Of a stretch of 64,000 bases of DNA, positions 62,025 to 64,000 are shown one piece after another (position 1 is the stretch's first letter; each line of letters starts with the position of its first letter). The translations under genes were made by a program, and so were the position numbers. Source of the stretch: Anaeromyxobacteraceae bacterium. GTDB taxonomy: Bacteria; Myxococcota; Myxococcia; Myxococcales; Anaeromyxobacteraceae. Location of the stretch: contig JASGHJ010000002.1 of the NCBI GenBank assembly GCA_047602405.1, forward strand, positions 672,001-736,000. Reading direction: 5' to 3'. The notes beneath the pieces were generated by a model. It saw only the letters and a list, made by a program, of their open reading frames with translations. It ran no database searches and was not told the origin of the DNA.

Positions 62025-63032
62025 ATGCAGCTCGGGATGGTGGGGCTCGGCCGGATGGGCGGGAACATGGTGCGGCGCCTGCTCGGGGCCGGGGTGTCGT
62101 GCGTGGTCTACGACCCGTCGCCCGAGGCCGCGGCGCCGCTCGTCCGCGCCGGCGCGGCGGCCGCGGGCTCGCCCGCCGAGCTCGCCGCGAAGCTCCCCGC
62201 GCCGCGCGCCATCTGGCTCATGGTGCCCGCCGCGGTGGTCGATCGGAGCATCGCCGAGCTCCTCCCGCACCTCGCGCCCGGCGACGTGCTGATCGACGGC
62301 GGGAACTCCTTCCACGGCGACTCGGCGCGGCGGGCGCGCGAGCTCCTCGCGAAGGGGGTCCGGTTCCTCGACGTCGGCACGAGCGGGGGCGTGTGGGGCC
62401 TCGAGCGCGGCTACTGCCTCATGATCGGCGGCGAGCGCGAGGCCGTGGCGCGGCTCGAGCCGGTGTTCGCGGCGCTCGCGCCGGGCCCCGGCGCGGCGCC
62501 GCCGACGCCCGGGCGCGCGCCGGGCGGCGCGGATCGCGGCTGGCTCCACTGCGGGCCGAGCGGCGCGGGCCACTTCGTGAAGATGGTGCACAACGGGATC
62601 GAGTACGGCCTCATGGCCGCGTACGCCGAGGGGCTGAACCTCCTCCGCCACGCCGGCGCGGGGCGCGAGGCGCGCGCGGCGGACGCCGAGACCGCCCCGC
62701 TCGCCGACGCCCACCGGTACCACTACGACCTCGACGTCGCCGAGGTCGCGGAGCTCTGGCGGCGCGGCAGCGTGGTCGCGTCCTGGCTGCTCGACCTCAC
62801 CGCGGGCGCGCTCGCGGCCGACCCGCGGCTCGACGGCTTCGAGGGGCGGGTGTCGGACTCCGGCGAGGGGCGCTGGACCGTGCAGGCCGCGCTCGACACC
62901 GCGACGCCCACCCCGGTCCTCGCGGCGGCGCTCTTCCAGCGGTTCGCCTCGCGCGGGGAGGGCGACTACGCGGGGAAGGTCCTCTCCGCGATGCGGGCCG
63001 CCTTCGGCGGGCACGCGGAGAAGAAGCCGTGA
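62025..63032 (+). CDS. gnd: 6-phosphogluconate dehydrogenase (decarboxylating, short type)
   Basis: [47 protein letters not shown]. Confidence 0.96.
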   Translation: MQLGMVGLGRMGGNMVRRLLGAGVSCVVYDPSPEAAAPLVRAGAAAAGSPAELAAKLPAPRAIWLMVPAAVVDRSIAELLPHLAPGDVLIDGGNSFHGDSARRARELLAKGVRFLDVGTSGGVWGLERGYCLMIGGEREAVARLEPVFAALAPGPGAAPPTPGRAPGGADRGWLHCGPSGAGHFVKMVHNGIEYGLMAAYAEGLNLLRHAGAGREARAADAETAPLADAHRYHYDLDVAEVAELWRRGSVVASWLLDLTAGALAADPRLDGFEGRVSDSGEGRWTVQAALDTATPTPVLAAALFQRFASRGEGDYAGKVLSAMRAAFGGHAEKKP

Positions 63033-64000
63033 GCGCCGGGCACGCCGACGCGCTCGTCTTCTACGGTGCCACCGGCGACCTCGCGACGAAGAAGGTGTTC
63101 CCCGCCCTGCAGCGGCTCGTCCTCGCGGGCGAGCTCGCGGGGCCCCTCGTGGGCGTGTCCCGCGGAGGGTGGACCCTCGAGCGGCTCAAGGAGCGCGCCC
63201 GGGAGAGCGTCGAGAAGCACGGCGGGGGCGCCCACCCGGTCGCCTTCCCGAAGCTCCTCTCGATGCTCAGGTACGTCGAGGGCGAGTACGAGTCGCCGGC
63301 CACGTTCGAGGCGCTCCGGCGGGCGCTCGGGGGCGCGGCGCGGCCGGTCCACTACATGGCGATCCCGCAGGACATGTTCGAGGTGGTGGTCCGGGGCATC
63401 GCCGAGAGCGGCTGCGCCCGCGGCGCCCGGCTCGTGCTCGAGAAGCCCTTCGGGCGGGACCTCGCCTCGGCGCGCCGGCTCTCCGAGATCCTCCACCGGC
63501 ACTTCGCGGAGCAGGACGTCTTCCGCATCGACCACTACCTCGGCAAGGAGGCGGTGCAGAACCTGGTCTTCTTCCGGTTCGCGAACACCTTCCTCGAGCC
63601 CATCTGGAACCGCCGCTACGTGGAGTCGGTGCAGATCACCTTCGCCGAGCGGTTCGGCATCGAGGGCCGGGGCGCGTTCTACGACCGCGCGGGCGCGATC
63701 CGCGACGTGGTGCAGAACCACGTGCTCCAGGTGGTCTCGAACGTGGCGATGGAGCCGCCGCCGTCGTCGCACGACACCGAGACCCTGCGCGACGAGAAGG
63801 TGAAGGTGCTGAAGGCGATCCCCCCGCCCGCCCCGGCCGCGGTGGTGCGCGGGCAGTACCGCGGCTACCTCGCCGAGAAGGGCGTCGCGCCCGGCTCGCG
63901 GACCGAGACCTTCGCGGCGATGCGCCTCGAGGTGAACTCCTGGCGCTGGGAGGGCGTGCCGTTCTACGTGCGGGCCGGGAAGTCCCTGCCGGTGAACCGG
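63029..64000 (+). CDS. zwf: Glucose-6-phosphate dehydrogenase (3' truncated by window; absent from ORF track)
   Basis: [48 protein letters not shown]. Confidence 0.96.
   Translation, partial: MSAGHADALVFYGATGDLATKKVFPALQRLVLAGELAGPLVGVSRGGWTLERLKERARESVEKHGGGAHPVAFPKLLSMLRYVEGEYESPATFEALRRALGGAARPVHYMAIPQDMFEVVVRGIAESGCARGARLVLEKPFGRDLASARRLSEILHRHFAEQDVFRIDHYLGKEAVQNLVFFRFANTFLEPIWNRRYVESVQITFAERFGIEGRGAFYDRAGAIRDVVQNHVLQVVSNVAMEPPPSSHDTETLRDEKVKVLKAIPPPAPAAVVRGQYRGYLAEKGVAPGSRTETFAAMRLEVNSWRWEGVPFYVRAGKSLPVNR

Overview
Very GC-rich bacterial chromosomal window. Gene content and style suggest Myxococcota, probably Anaeromyxobacter-like (inference). It holds about 55 genes, mostly metabolic: treS, malQ, an M16 peptidase, the glyoxylate shunt with a RamB-type regulator, an aminotransferase, rsmE, trmJ, ppk2, an Fe-S D-lactate dehydrogenase, sixA/CHAD, aguB/aguA, kbl/tdh, gnd and zwf. 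I saw no rRNA, tRNA, CRISPR array or mobile element. Highlights: (1) a selenocysteine peroxiredoxin missed by the ORF track, with an in-frame TGA and a SECIS-like hairpin; (2) a malate synthase-isocitrate lyase-hemerythrin triple fusion; (3) a candidate redox/gas-sensing module, in which a flavin-barrel protein and a flavin-barrel-GAF-winged-helix regulator converge on a hemerythrin/diheme cytochrome c/cytochrome c operon whose promoter carries six 11-bp direct repeats; (4) a Ser/Thr kinase-pseudocyclase next to an intact adenylate cyclase; (5) a giant biotin enzyme with a dead biotin-carboxylase domain; (6) many apparently leaderless genes and two bidirectional -10 boxes. Eight single-base frameshifts look like sequencing or assembly errors rather than true pseudogenes. 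All calls come from motif recognition by eye; no database searches were run.
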